Source: an uncultured Legionellales bacterium (GTDB lineage Bacteria > Pseudomonadota > Gammaproteobacteria > Eutrophobiales > Eutrophobiaceae). From it: a stretch of 64,000 nt of DNA. The notes under the pieces are model-generated. The model did not search any database, had not been told where the DNA came from, and saw nothing but the letters and a program-made list of their open reading frames with translations. Below are positions 1 to 9,195 of the stretch, in pieces. How positions within the stretch are numbered: position 1 is the first letter of the stretch; each line of letters starts with the position of its first letter. The position numbers and the translations under genes were made by a program. The DNA lies in contig CAJWRJ010000001.1 of NCBI GenBank assembly GCA_913046215.1, positions 8,897-72,896 on the forward strand, written 5' to 3'.

Positions 1-1047
1 CCAGATCCCTTTTTTCCTGGGCGTTTAGTAATTGGTATTCTTCCTATGGAATTAATAAATAAAAAACATAATTTTGCAAGAGATCCAATCGGGAGTGGCC
101 CAATGAAAATATTACATTGGGCTAATGATGAAAACCTGAAGCTTCAACGCTTGAGTGACGGTAAAATAATTGAAATGATTACATTAAAAGATCCAGTAGT
201 AAGAGTTTTAAAATTATTGAAAGGCGACATAGATTTAATTCAAGGGAATTTACCCCCCGAAGTTATTGATTGGCTTAGTCGAAAGCAATTAGTTAATGTT
301 GAAAAAAAAATAGGAAATACTTTTACATACCTCGGATTCAATCTTGAAGATCCAATTACAAAAAATCTTTTAGTTCGAAAAGCCATCGCACACGCCATTG
401 ATAGAGAATCTATAATAAAATATGTTATGAAATCATCAGCTAGAAAAGCTGGTTCCCTGTTACCCCCTGAACATTGGGCAGGGCATTCTGCTTTAACGGG
501 AATTGAATATAATCCCGAAAAATCTAAAATGTTACTCAAGCAAGCTGGCTATGGCGATCCATCTTCTTTAAAGTTAGTATACAAAATTTCGAACGACCCT
601 TTTCGGCTTCGTCTTGCGACTATAATTCAACAGCAGTTGAAATCTGTGGGGATCAAAGTCGAAATTCGTAGTTATGATTGGGGTACATTTTATGGTGATA
701 TTAAAAATGGAAGGTTTCAGATGTATAGTTTGTCTTGGGTTGGATTAAAAATGCCAGATATTTTTTATTATATATTTCATAGCAAATCTATTCCCCCATA
801 TGGTGCAAATCGGGGACGATTTAATGACAGTGAAATTGATGTTATTCTAGAACTAGCCAAAACCGAAACTTCCTTGAGCAAACAGGCACTCCTCTACAAG
901 GACCTTCAGGAAAATTTAATAAAATCGTTACCATATATTCCTTTGTGGTATGAAGATAACGTTTTGATTTCTAAATTTGCGATAGAAGGTTATAAATTGA
1001 GAGCAGATGGTAATTTTGATTCACTAATGAGCATAAAAAATAATTAA
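1..1047 (+). CDS. ABC transporter substrate-binding protein, family 5 (Dpp/Opp/MppA-like); 5' end lies outside the window
   Basis: Frame 1 is open from base 1 to TAA at 1045-1047. SBP_bac_5-like sequence (LVYKISNDPFRLRLATIIQQQLKSVGIKVEI, YIPLWYE). Followed by two Dpp/Opp-type permeases. Confidence 0.8.
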   Translation, partial: PDPFFPGRLVIGILPMELINKKHNFARDPIGSGPMKILHWANDENLKLQRLSDGKIIEMITLKDPVVRVLKLLKGDIDLIQGNLPPEVIDWLSRKQLVNVEKKIGNTFTYLGFNLEDPITKNLLVRKAIAHAIDRESIIKYVMKSSARKAGSLLPPEHWAGHSALTGIEYNPEKSKMLLKQAGYGDPSSLKLVYKISNDPFRLRLATIIQQQLKSVGIKVEIRSYDWGTFYGDIKNGRFQMYSLSWVGLKMPDIFYYIFHSKSIPPYGANRGRFNDSEIDVILELAKTETSLSKQALLYKDLQENLIKSLPYIPLWYEDNVLISKFAIEGYKLRADGNFDSLMSIKNN

Positions 1048-1055
1048 TATCTTTT

Positions 1056-1535
1056 ATGCATATTGAAATATCAATATCAAATCAAGTATTAACTCTTTAT
1101 AAAAAGAAGAGCATTATCAAACGTTATTCTGTGTCGACTGCAAAAAAAGGGGCTGGGGAAATTATGAATAGTGAATGCACGCCAAGAGGTGAGCACGTTA
1201 TCGCTGAAAAAATCGGAGAAGGAGCCGAAGAAAATTCTGTTTTTGTTGGAAGAGTGCAAACTGATGAATCATATGATTTACAATTACGTAAATTACAACC
1301 TAATCGTGATTGGATACTCACTCGAATATTATGGTTAAAAGGTATAGAGGATGGCAAAAACAAAGGCTCTGGTTTAGATAGTTATGAGAGGTATATCTAT
1401 ATACATGGCTCTCCAGATGATGTTGAGATGGGTAAACCAGGCTCAAAAGGTTGCGTTAGAATGAAAAATAGTGATGTTATAGAGTTATTTGATTTAGTCG
1501 AAGTTGGAACTCGGGTAACCATTAGTGAGAAGTAA
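1056..1535 (+). CDS. L,D-transpeptidase-fold (YkuD domain) protein with no signal peptide
   Basis: Translation starts directly in the YkuD beta-strand region (HIEISISNQVLTLYKKKSIIKRYSVSTAKK). Catalytic His/Cys motif present (YIHGSPDD...SKGCVRM). An in-frame stop lies 5 codons upstream, so no N-terminal extension is possible. Confidence 0.8.
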   Translation: MHIEISISNQVLTLYKKKSIIKRYSVSTAKKGAGEIMNSECTPRGEHVIAEKIGEGAEENSVFVGRVQTDESYDLQLRKLQPNRDWILTRILWLKGIEDGKNKGSGLDSYERYIYIHGSPDDVEMGKPGSKGCVRMKNSDVIELFDLVEVGTRVTISEK

Positions 1536-1557
1536 ATAGAAATTAATAAAAAAAATT

Positions 1558-2481
1558 GTGTATTTTAATTATTTAATTAAACGTTTACTAAGTGCTGTAT
1601 TTGTATTATTCAGTATTTTAACTTTTGTATTTTTTCTAATTCATATTATTCCAGGCGATCCAGTAGAGGTAATGCTAGGTGAGTCTGCAAGGATTGCTGA
1701 TAGGGATGCTTTGAGAGCATCTCTCGGTTTAGATCAACCAATTAATCAGCAATGGCTTACTTATATGAACGATTTTTTTCATTATGACCTTGGTAAATCA
1801 ATTTATTCTAATGAACATGTAACGCACCTACTATCAAAACATATTTTTGCTACATTTTTATTAAGTCTTGCAAGTCTGGTAGTTGCGCTATTAATTGCTG
1901 TACCAATTGGAATATATTCTGCGGTATACAAAGGATCGATTTTAGATAAATCAACAATTTTCTTAGCAACACTTGGTATTTCTATACCAAATTTTGTAAT
2001 GGGGCCGTTATTAATTTTGATTTTTTCTCTTTGGCTGGGATGGTTACCAGTAAGTGGTAACGATGGGTTAAGTTCATTAGTTTTGCCAGCATTAACATTA
2101 GGCTCTGCACTTGCAGCAATTCTATCTAGAATGATTCGTTCTTCAATGTTAGAAACAATGCAACAAGATTACATCCGTTCAGCACGTGCACGCGGTTTAT
2201 CTGAATTTAAAGTGTTAGTATTTCATGCTTTACGTAATGCAGCTTTACCTGTAGTTACTATTTTGGGCATGCAATTTGGAACACTTTTAGCTGGAGCAGT
2301 AATCACTGAGACAATATTTTCATGGCCAGGAATAGGCCAACTGATGATTGAATCAATACAAAAAAGAGATTATCCAATAGTTCAAGGATGCGTAATAATT
2401 ATTAGCTTTACCTATGTTTTAGTGAATCTTATAACTGACTTCATATGTATTTTACTTGATCCAAGAATAGATGCGAACTGA
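1558..2481 (+). CDS. ABC peptide transporter permease (DppB/OppB family)
   Basis: Six predicted transmembrane segments. N-terminus LTFVFFLIHIIPGDPV is typical of DppB. Contains the EAA-like loop (IRSARARGLSEFKV). Confidence 0.85.
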   Translation: MYFNYLIKRLLSAVFVLFSILTFVFFLIHIIPGDPVEVMLGESARIADRDALRASLGLDQPINQQWLTYMNDFFHYDLGKSIYSNEHVTHLLSKHIFATFLLSLASLVVALLIAVPIGIYSAVYKGSILDKSTIFLATLGISIPNFVMGPLLILIFSLWLGWLPVSGNDGLSSLVLPALTLGSALAAILSRMIRSSMLETMQQDYIRSARARGLSEFKVLVFHALRNAALPVVTILGMQFGTLLAGAVITETIFSWPGIGQLMIESIQKRDYPIVQGCVIIISFTYVLVNLITDFICILLDPRIDAN

Positions 2482-3281
2482 TGACTAAGAAATTAAATAT
2501 ATATTTTTTTGTCGTATTATTTTGGCTTTTTTGTGCGCTATTAGGAATACTTAATCCATTTCATGAAAATCAAATTGTATTAAATAAAATTTTACAGGAG
2601 CCATCATGGAATAATTGGTGTGGATACGATCATCTAGGTAGATCAATTTGTGAGAGAATTATTCTTGGCGCTAAAACGTCATTTAGTGTTGCAATTATTG
2701 TAGTTCTAATTTCTTTCATTGTAGGCACCACTTTAGGTGTAATTGGGGCATGGTTTGGCGGTATTTATGACAAAGTGCTCGTAATATTAATCGATATTTT
2801 TATTGCATTTCCTGGGATATTACTGGCAATTGCTTTAGCTGGACTGTTGGGACCAGGGCTCATAAATACGGTTATTGCTCTATCAATTGTTGGCTGGGTT
2901 GGATTTTCAAGATTAGCGAGAGTCCAGACATTAAGTATAAAAAATCGTGATCATATTGCTGCAGCACAAGCTCTTGGAACGATGGATTATCGCATTACCC
3001 TAAAGCATGTATTGCCATTAATCATGGCGCCATTGATAATTGAAGCCACATTTTCTGTCGCAGGAGTTATTATTGCTGAAGCTGGATTATCTTTTCTTGG
3101 TTTAGGCATACAACCACCTGTTGCTTCATGGGGGTCAATGATAAAGGATGGTAGTCAATATATGCTTGTTGCACCACACGCGGTCTTGATACCGAGTTTT
3201 GCTATTCTTTCGTTGGTGTTGTGCATAAATTTTTTAGGCGATCATATTAGAGATATGTTAGACATTACGGAATCAAAATGA
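2481..3281 (+). CDS. ABC peptide transporter permease (DppC/OppC family)
   Basis: Start overlaps the upstream stop (ATGA). Membrane protein with the AAAQALGTMDYRITLKHVLP EAA motif. Confidence 0.85.
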   Translation: MTKKLNIYFFVVLFWLFCALLGILNPFHENQIVLNKILQEPSWNNWCGYDHLGRSICERIILGAKTSFSVAIIVVLISFIVGTTLGVIGAWFGGIYDKVLVILIDIFIAFPGILLAIALAGLLGPGLINTVIALSIVGWVGFSRLARVQTLSIKNRDHIAAAQALGTMDYRITLKHVLPLIMAPLIIEATFSVAGVIIAEAGLSFLGLGIQPPVASWGSMIKDGSQYMLVAPHAVLIPSFAILSLVLCINFLGDHIRDMLDITESK

Positions 3282-4315
3282 AAAACCTCAAAGTACAGCC
3301 GCTAGGACCAATTATGTGTGATCTTAACAGCACTGAGTTGGGTTTTGATGAAATCGAATTATTACAACATCCGCTTATAGGTGGCGTTATTCTCTTTTCT
3401 CGTAATTATGAATCACAAGAACAATTATCTGAATTAACACTAAAGATTCACCAATTACGTCGACCATCGCTATTGATAGCCGTTGATCATGAAGGTGGTA
3501 GAGTACAGCGTTTCAAAAATGGCTTTAGTCAATTACCAGCTTGTGGTTTGATAGGTAAGTGTGAACCGTTGGCAAAAGCCAAACAATTAGCTGAAAATAC
3601 TGGCTGGCTTATGGCAATTGAATTATTGTCTGTTGGAGTTGATTTTAGTTTTGCTCCAGTATTAGATATTGGAGGAGAGATAAGTGAAGTTATAGGGGAT
3701 CGTGCTTTTCACATTGAACCAGATAAAATCTCAAAATTAGCAAATTCTTATATGCTTGGTATGAGAAAAGCTGGCATGTCAGCTGTTGGCAAACATTTCC
3801 CAGGGCATGGCTCGGTTATAGAGGATTCGCATATTTCAATTCCACTAGATAATCGTCAATTTGATGATATTCTTTTACAAGATATCATTCCTTTTAAAGC
3901 TTTGATTGAAGCTGGAATTCCAGGACTAATGCCGGCACATATTACCTTCCCAGAAATTGACGACAGACCAGCTGGATTTTCCTCTATTTGGTTAAACGAA
4001 ATACTAAGAAAACAATTAAAATTTAAGGGGACAATTTTCAGTGATGATCTTAGTATGAAGGGGGCAGAGACTGTAGGCGATTACATTGAGAGAACCGCAC
4101 TTGCGCTTGAAGCTGGTTGTGACATGGTACTGGTATGTAATAACAGAGAAGGCGTTACCTATATATTAGATAACATGGGTAAAATAGACGATAACAAATC
4201 CAGAGAACATTTAGAAAATATGCGAGGTAACTTTAGTTTCACATATCTAGAACTTAAAACTAGAAAAATATGGCAAGAAAAATCGAATCAAATTAATAAT
4301 TTTTTACATAATTAG
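3278..4315 (+). CDS. nagZ: beta-N-acetylhexosaminidase NagZ (GH3), peptidoglycan recycling
   Basis: Motifs AVDHEGGRVQRF, KHFPGHG and FSDDLSMKGA. Length about 345 aa, typical of NagZ. ATGA overlap with the upstream permease. Confidence 0.88.
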   Translation: MKNLKVQPLGPIMCDLNSTELGFDEIELLQHPLIGGVILFSRNYESQEQLSELTLKIHQLRRPSLLIAVDHEGGRVQRFKNGFSQLPACGLIGKCEPLAKAKQLAENTGWLMAIELLSVGVDFSFAPVLDIGGEISEVIGDRAFHIEPDKISKLANSYMLGMRKAGMSAVGKHFPGHGSVIEDSHISIPLDNRQFDDILLQDIIPFKALIEAGIPGLMPAHITFPEIDDRPAGFSSIWLNEILRKQLKFKGTIFSDDLSMKGAETVGDYIERTALALEAGCDMVLVCNNREGVTYILDNMGKIDDNKSREHLENMRGNFSFTYLELKTRKIWQEKSNQINNFLHN

Positions 4316-4360
4316 AATTAGCTAAAATTCTTTGAATAATTTTAAATTAGGAATATATAA

Positions 4361-5461
4361 ATGAATTTTTTGGAAATGATACAGATTGATAATGCATATT
4401 TAGGTAGAGAAGCATGGATAATGGAAGTATTTATTATCGTGTTGATTACAGGTTTCATAAATTGGGTTCAAAAAAAATTACACAACAGAATAATTTCAAA
4501 GTTAGAGAAAACAAGAACTTTTTGGGATGATGCTTTTTTTGAAGCTACGAAAAAACCAGTTTCATTTTTAATTTGGATATCAGGTATAGCGTTTGCAGCA
4601 TATATAGTTGGTAAGAATACAGATTCGGTATTATCTATTGCTGTGTCGCCTATGTATCAAACTGGTATTCTTTTTACCGTTTGTTGGTTTTTAATAAGGT
4701 TTATAAAACTTGTTGAAAAAAATATGATCACACATAAACGATTATCTGGTGATGATATTGATGAGACTACTGTTGATGCGGTTGCTAAACTATTACGAAT
4801 ATCAGTTATTATTACAGGCGTTTTGGTAGCGTTACAGTCTTTAGGTTACAGTATTTCAGGAGTTTTGGCATTTGGCGGTGTTGGAGGAATAGCAGTAGGT
4901 TTTGCTGCCCGCGATCTATTAGCTAATTTTTTTGGAGGCTTAATGATATATATGGATCGTCCTTTTAACGTTGGCGAATGGATACGTTCACCTGATAAGG
5001 AAATCGAAGGAACAGTTGAAAAAATTGGATGGAGATTAACGACAATAAGAACATTCGATAAACGTCCATTATATGTCCCAAACTCTTTATTTAATAATAT
5101 TTCTGTCGAGAATCCATCAAGAATGTCAAACAGAAGAATTAAAGAGACCATTGGTATTCGTTATGATGATCTATCTAAAATGAAAAAAATTATTGATGAT
5201 GTAAAAAAAATGTTGAAAGAACATCCAGAGATCGATAAGAATAAAACTTTAATTGTAAATTTTAACGAATTTGCTCCTTCTTCTTTAGATTTCTTCGTGT
5301 ATACATTTACAAAAACAACAGATTGGGTGCATTACCATGAAATAAAACAAGAAATAATGTTAAGTATAATTAATATAATCGAATCTAATGGTGCAGAATG
5401 TGCATTTCCAACATCAACTTTACATATTTCTTCTGGTACTGATGCATCAAATGCTCAGTAA
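4361..5461 (+). CDS. MscS-family mechanosensitive ion channel
   Basis: Three N-terminal transmembrane segments, followed by the LANFFGGLMIYMDRPFNVGEWI MscS beta-domain signature. Confidence 0.85.
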   Translation: MNFLEMIQIDNAYLGREAWIMEVFIIVLITGFINWVQKKLHNRIISKLEKTRTFWDDAFFEATKKPVSFLIWISGIAFAAYIVGKNTDSVLSIAVSPMYQTGILFTVCWFLIRFIKLVEKNMITHKRLSGDDIDETTVDAVAKLLRISVIITGVLVALQSLGYSISGVLAFGGVGGIAVGFAARDLLANFFGGLMIYMDRPFNVGEWIRSPDKEIEGTVEKIGWRLTTIRTFDKRPLYVPNSLFNNISVENPSRMSNRRIKETIGIRYDDLSKMKKIIDDVKKMLKEHPEIDKNKTLIVNFNEFAPSSLDFFVYTFTKTTDWVHYHEIKQEIMLSIINIIESNGAECAFPTSTLHISSGTDASNAQ

Positions 5462-5483
5462 TTAAAATATTCTATAATAATTT

Positions 5484-6314
5484 ATGCTATGTAAATTTAA
5501 AAAAATGCAAGGAATTGGAAATGATTTTGTTTTGATAGATTCGTTTTCTGAACCTTTAATATTAACTACCGAGCAAATCAAGTATATTGCAAATCGAAAT
5601 TTTGGAGTTGGTTGCGATCAAGTCTTGTTGCTAGAACCACCAAAGGATGATGAATCTGATGTTTATTATAGAATTTTCAATTCAGATGGCAGCGAAGTAA
5701 GTCAATGTGGTAACGGTGCTCGCTGCTCAGCCATATATCTTTATGACAAAGGTTTGGTAAAAAAGCAAAAGATGATAGCAGAGACTAAGAGTGGAAAGCT
5801 TGTCTTAAAAATAAATAAAGATAATTCTGTAACAGTAAATATGGGAATTCCAAAATTTGAACCGAAGGATATCCCTATAAATTATGAGAAAAAAATGAAA
5901 AATTATTCACTAAGATTAAATAGTGAGAATATTGAGTTTGGAGCTGTTTCTATTGGAAATCCACACGCTATAATTTTTGTAGATGATATTGAATTAACAT
6001 CGATTGAAAAAATAGCAATTAAAATACAACAAGATAAAATTTTCCCTGAAGGGGTAAACGTTAGTTTTGTACAAATATTGGATCGAAAAAAAATCAAACT
6101 TCGTGTATTCGAGCGCGGAGTTGGCGAAACACTTTCCTGTGGTAGTGGCGCATGTGCGTCAGTTGTTGTAGCAAGTCAAAGGGGAGGTCTTGAAGAGAAT
6201 GTTGAAGCTGAATTACGCGGAGGTGTTTTAAAGTTAAGCTGGGCGGGTGAGGGCAAACCAATTTTTATGAATGGCCCTGTATCTACAGTATATGATGGTG
6301 AAATTGAATTATGA
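5484..6314 (+). CDS. dapF: diaminopimelate epimerase
   Basis: Motifs GNDFVLID and NSDGSEVSQCGNGARC; second catalytic Cys in GETLSCGSGACA. Confidence 0.93.
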   Translation: MLCKFKKMQGIGNDFVLIDSFSEPLILTTEQIKYIANRNFGVGCDQVLLLEPPKDDESDVYYRIFNSDGSEVSQCGNGARCSAIYLYDKGLVKKQKMIAETKSGKLVLKINKDNSVTVNMGIPKFEPKDIPINYEKKMKNYSLRLNSENIEFGAVSIGNPHAIIFVDDIELTSIEKIAIKIQQDKIFPEGVNVSFVQILDRKKIKLRVFERGVGETLSCGSGACASVVVASQRGGLEENVEAELRGGVLKLSWAGEGKPIFMNGPVSTVYDGEIEL

Positions 6315-7018
6315 GTTTAAAGAAGAAAGAAAACCAAGCTGTTGAGAGCCTCTCTGAAATTTCAGTTGTCAATTACCTAAGAAAAAAACGTGATTTTTTT
6401 GAAAAAAATTACGAAATACTATCTGAGTTGAAAATCCCACACGAGAGTGGCACAGCTGTTTCACTTATTGAAAAACAGTTGTTTTTGCTTCGTGAAGAAA
6501 ATCAAAAAATCAATAAACAAATGTGTGAACTAATAGAAATTGCAAGGCAGAATAATGAACTAGCTCTACGAATGCATCAACTAATACTAACTTTAATGGG
6601 CGACAACAATCCTAGTGAAACATTCAGCCTGATGTATGAAAGTCTAAAGAAAAATTTTCATGCTGATAAAGCTGTAATTAGATTATTTATAAATCCTGGT
6701 AGCATCTATATTTCTACCATAGATGAATTTATCAGAAATGATTCAGATGAAAAATTTTTATTTAATGATGTATTAAAGAAAAAAGTTCCAATGATTAATG
6801 CAATAGATGATGAGCAGCAAGTTTTTCTTTTTGGTAAGCATGGCGATAGTATTAAGTCATCCGTCTCGGTTCCATTGCATGGTGCTAATTGGGAGGGAAT
6901 ATTGGCTATTGGAAGTTTTGATTGTGAGCATTTTCAGCCAAATATGGGAATTGAATTACTTTGTAATTTTGGGGAAATATTGAGCTTAATAATAAAACCT
7001 TGGTTTGAAGAAACATAA
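6311..7018 (+). CDS. DUF484 (YigA-like) protein
   Basis: Sits between dapF and xerC, as yigA does in E. coli. About 235 aa with a GAF-like C-terminal region. ATGA overlap with dapF. Confidence 0.7.
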   Translation: MSLKKKENQAVESLSEISVVNYLRKKRDFFEKNYEILSELKIPHESGTAVSLIEKQLFLLREENQKINKQMCELIEIARQNNELALRMHQLILTLMGDNNPSETFSLMYESLKKNFHADKAVIRLFINPGSIYISTIDEFIRNDSDEKFLFNDVLKKKVPMINAIDDEQQVFLFGKHGDSIKSSVSVPLHGANWEGILAIGSFDCEHFQPNMGIELLCNFGEILSLIIKPWFEET

Positions 7019-7020
7019 TA

Positions 7021-7935
7021 ATGTCTATTCAGTTATTAGATAATCAGTTACTTGAGTCTTTTATAGACACCTTGCATCACTTATCTATTCATACTCGAAG
7101 TGCATATGTAAGGGATCTAAAGCATTTACAAAAATTTTGTATAAAAGAACATATAATGAAATGGTCTGATTTAAAAAGTCAACAACTAAGAAATTTTATT
7201 GCATATAGACATCGAAATGGTATTTCAGGACGCTCACTACAGCGAAATTTGTCATCTGTAAGAGCTTTCTATCGTTATTTATTAAAGGAAAATAAAATCA
7301 CTTCTAATCCTGCTGAAGGTATTATAACTCCTAAAATAATTCGAAAATTACCAAAACTGTTAGATGTAGATCAAACCCATCAACTTTTAGATATTAAAAA
7401 GGATGACATTTTATCAATACGTGATATAGCGATTATTGAGTTGATCTATTCGTCAGGCTTACGTTTATCGGAAGCAATAGGTTTAGATATTGACGATATA
7501 GATTTTTCAGATAAAGTTTTAACAGTGATAGGAAAAGGAAAAAAAACACGCAATATTCCTATAGGAAAATATGCAATTGAAGCAGTTAGTAAATGGCTAA
7601 AATATAGAGATAAAATCGTAAATGTTGAAGAAAAAGCCCTTTTTGTAAGTAACAGAGGAAAACGAATTAGTTCAAGATCAATACAGGAGCGTATTAAAAA
7701 GTGGTCAAAAAAGCAGGGTTTACCTACCCATGTTTATCCTCATATGTTAAGACATTCATTTGCAAGTCATTTATTAGAGTCTAGTGGAGATTTAAGAGCT
7801 ATTCAGGAATTTTTAGGGCATGCAGATATTAGTACTACTCAGATATACACACACTTAGATTTTCAGCATTTAGCTAAAGTCTATGATAAAACTCACCCAA
7901 GAGCACGACGTATTCACCGTAAAAAAACAAATTAA
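7021..7935 (+). CDS. xerC: tyrosine recombinase XerC (chromosome dimer resolution)
   Basis: RHSFASHLLESSGDLRAIQEFLGHADISTTQIYTHLD box (R, H-x-x-R and Y residues). Synteny dapF-yigA-xerC. Confidence 0.9.
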   Translation: MSIQLLDNQLLESFIDTLHHLSIHTRSAYVRDLKHLQKFCIKEHIMKWSDLKSQQLRNFIAYRHRNGISGRSLQRNLSSVRAFYRYLLKENKITSNPAEGIITPKIIRKLPKLLDVDQTHQLLDIKKDDILSIRDIAIIELIYSSGLRLSEAIGLDIDDIDFSDKVLTVIGKGKKTRNIPIGKYAIEAVSKWLKYRDKIVNVEEKALFVSNRGKRISSRSIQERIKKWSKKQGLPTHVYPHMLRHSFASHLLESSGDLRAIQEFLGHADISTTQIYTHLDFQHLAKVYDKTHPRARRIHRKKTN

Positions 7936-8070
7936 TATTAAAATAATTTTCTAAAACGCGAAAAAAGCTTAAATATATAATTAAGTTCATGCGAAATAAT
8001 TGTATATTGAAAAAAATTATGTACCATAAATGAAAAATACCTAAAAAAGTATTACTCGTTATAGGGAAAT

Positions 8071-8421
8071 ATGGCAAAAAATAATTTATATCCGAAAGAA
8101 ATATCGTTACACAAACAATCTAGAATTCTTGAAATAATTTATGATGATGGGGAGTGTTTCAAGTTGACATGTGAATATCTACGTGTTTTTTCACCATCAG
8201 CAGAGGTTAGGGGGCATGGTCCAGGACAAGAAGTATTACAGTTTGGAAAAGAAAATGTAAATATTAACAAGATAGAGCAAGTTGGTAATTATGCAATTCG
8301 ACTGATATTTGATGATGGCCATGAAACAGGTCTGTATTCTTGGGACTATTTGTATGAATTAGGAAGTACTCAAAAAGATAAATGGAATAGTTATATAGCG
8401 GCACTAAAAGAATTAGGATAG
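8071..8421 (+). CDS. DUF971 (gamma-butyrobetaine hydroxylase N-terminal-like) protein
   Basis: 116 aa. Motifs LRVFSPSAEVRGHGPGQE and LIFDDGHETGLYSWDYLYELG. Lies immediately upstream of ubiE. Confidence 0.65.
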   Translation: MAKNNLYPKEISLHKQSRILEIIYDDGECFKLTCEYLRVFSPSAEVRGHGPGQEVLQFGKENVNINKIEQVGNYAIRLIFDDGHETGLYSWDYLYELGSTQKDKWNSYIAALKELG

Positions 8422-8434
8422 CAACGTAAAGAAT

Positions 8435-9181
8435 ATGATTAGAAAAAAAACCAATTTTGGTTATGAAACTGTATCTCCAGAAGAAAAAACTGAGCGTGTA
8501 GAAAAAGTATTCAGTTCAGTTGCCAGCGAATATAATCTTATGAATGATATCATGTCATTCGGTATTCATAGATTATGGAAAAAGTTTGCTGTTAATTCAT
8601 GTGGAATCAAAAAGAACTCACGAGTATTAGATCTAGCCGGAGGCACGGCAGATATTACGAAGCTTGTCCATAGTAGGCTAAGTCAAGATGGGCATGTAAC
8701 ATTGTGCGATATAAATGAGAATATGTTGAACTATGGGAGAGACTGTTTAATTAATAGCGGTATAATCAATAATGTAGATTTTGTAAGGTCAAATGCTGAA
8801 AATTTGCCTTTTAGGGATAACACCTTTGATTTTATGATAATTGCTTTTGGTCTTAGAAATATCACAAATAAAGAAACAGCGTTATATTCAATGTATAAAA
8901 AACTTAAATTTGGCTCCAAATTAGTTATTTTGGAGTTTTCAAAAGTTACGGTACCAATAGTGGATAAGTTTTATAAAAAATATTCATTTAGATTTATACC
9001 TATGCTTGGAGAATTAATAGCAAAAGATAAGAATAGTTATAAGTATTTAGTTGAATCTATTCAAGTTCATCCAGATCAAGAAGAAATATCTTCGATGATG
9101 AAAAAAGCTGGATTTAGAAAAATTAAATATACTAATCTTTCATTTGGAATAGCAGCTGTTCACGTAGGCTACAAGATTTAA
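8435..9181 (+). CDS. ubiE: ubiquinone/menaquinone C-methyltransferase UbiE
   Basis: SAM motif VLDLAGGTADIT. About 248 aa. Followed by ubiJ and ubiB. Confidence 0.92.
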   Translation: MIRKKTNFGYETVSPEEKTERVEKVFSSVASEYNLMNDIMSFGIHRLWKKFAVNSCGIKKNSRVLDLAGGTADITKLVHSRLSQDGHVTLCDINENMLNYGRDCLINSGIINNVDFVRSNAENLPFRDNTFDFMIIAFGLRNITNKETALYSMYKKLKFGSKLVILEFSKVTVPIVDKFYKKYSFRFIPMLGELIAKDKNSYKYLVESIQVHPDQEEISSMMKKAGFRKIKYTNLSFGIAAVHVGYKI

Positions 9182-9195
9182 TTCAATATATAAAA

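Noticed and set aside
240-539. Antisense ORFs inside well-supported genes: 240-539(-), 1124-1363(-), 4846-5151(-), 15033-15617(+), 27189-27641(+), 35583-35942(-), 39914-40237(-), 45150-45632(-), 58032-58364(-) and others in the ORF track.
   Set aside because: Each lies wholly within, and opposite to, a gene with strong motif evidence. They are low-complexity translations with no recognisable domains, typical of the chance open frames that arise opposite real genes.
7021-7935. Tyrosine recombinase as a possible integrase marking a mobile element.
   Set aside because: The dapF-yigA(DUF484)-xerC synteny and the XerC-type C-terminal box identify the chromosomal dimer-resolution recombinase. No attachment sites, phage or transposon genes flank it.
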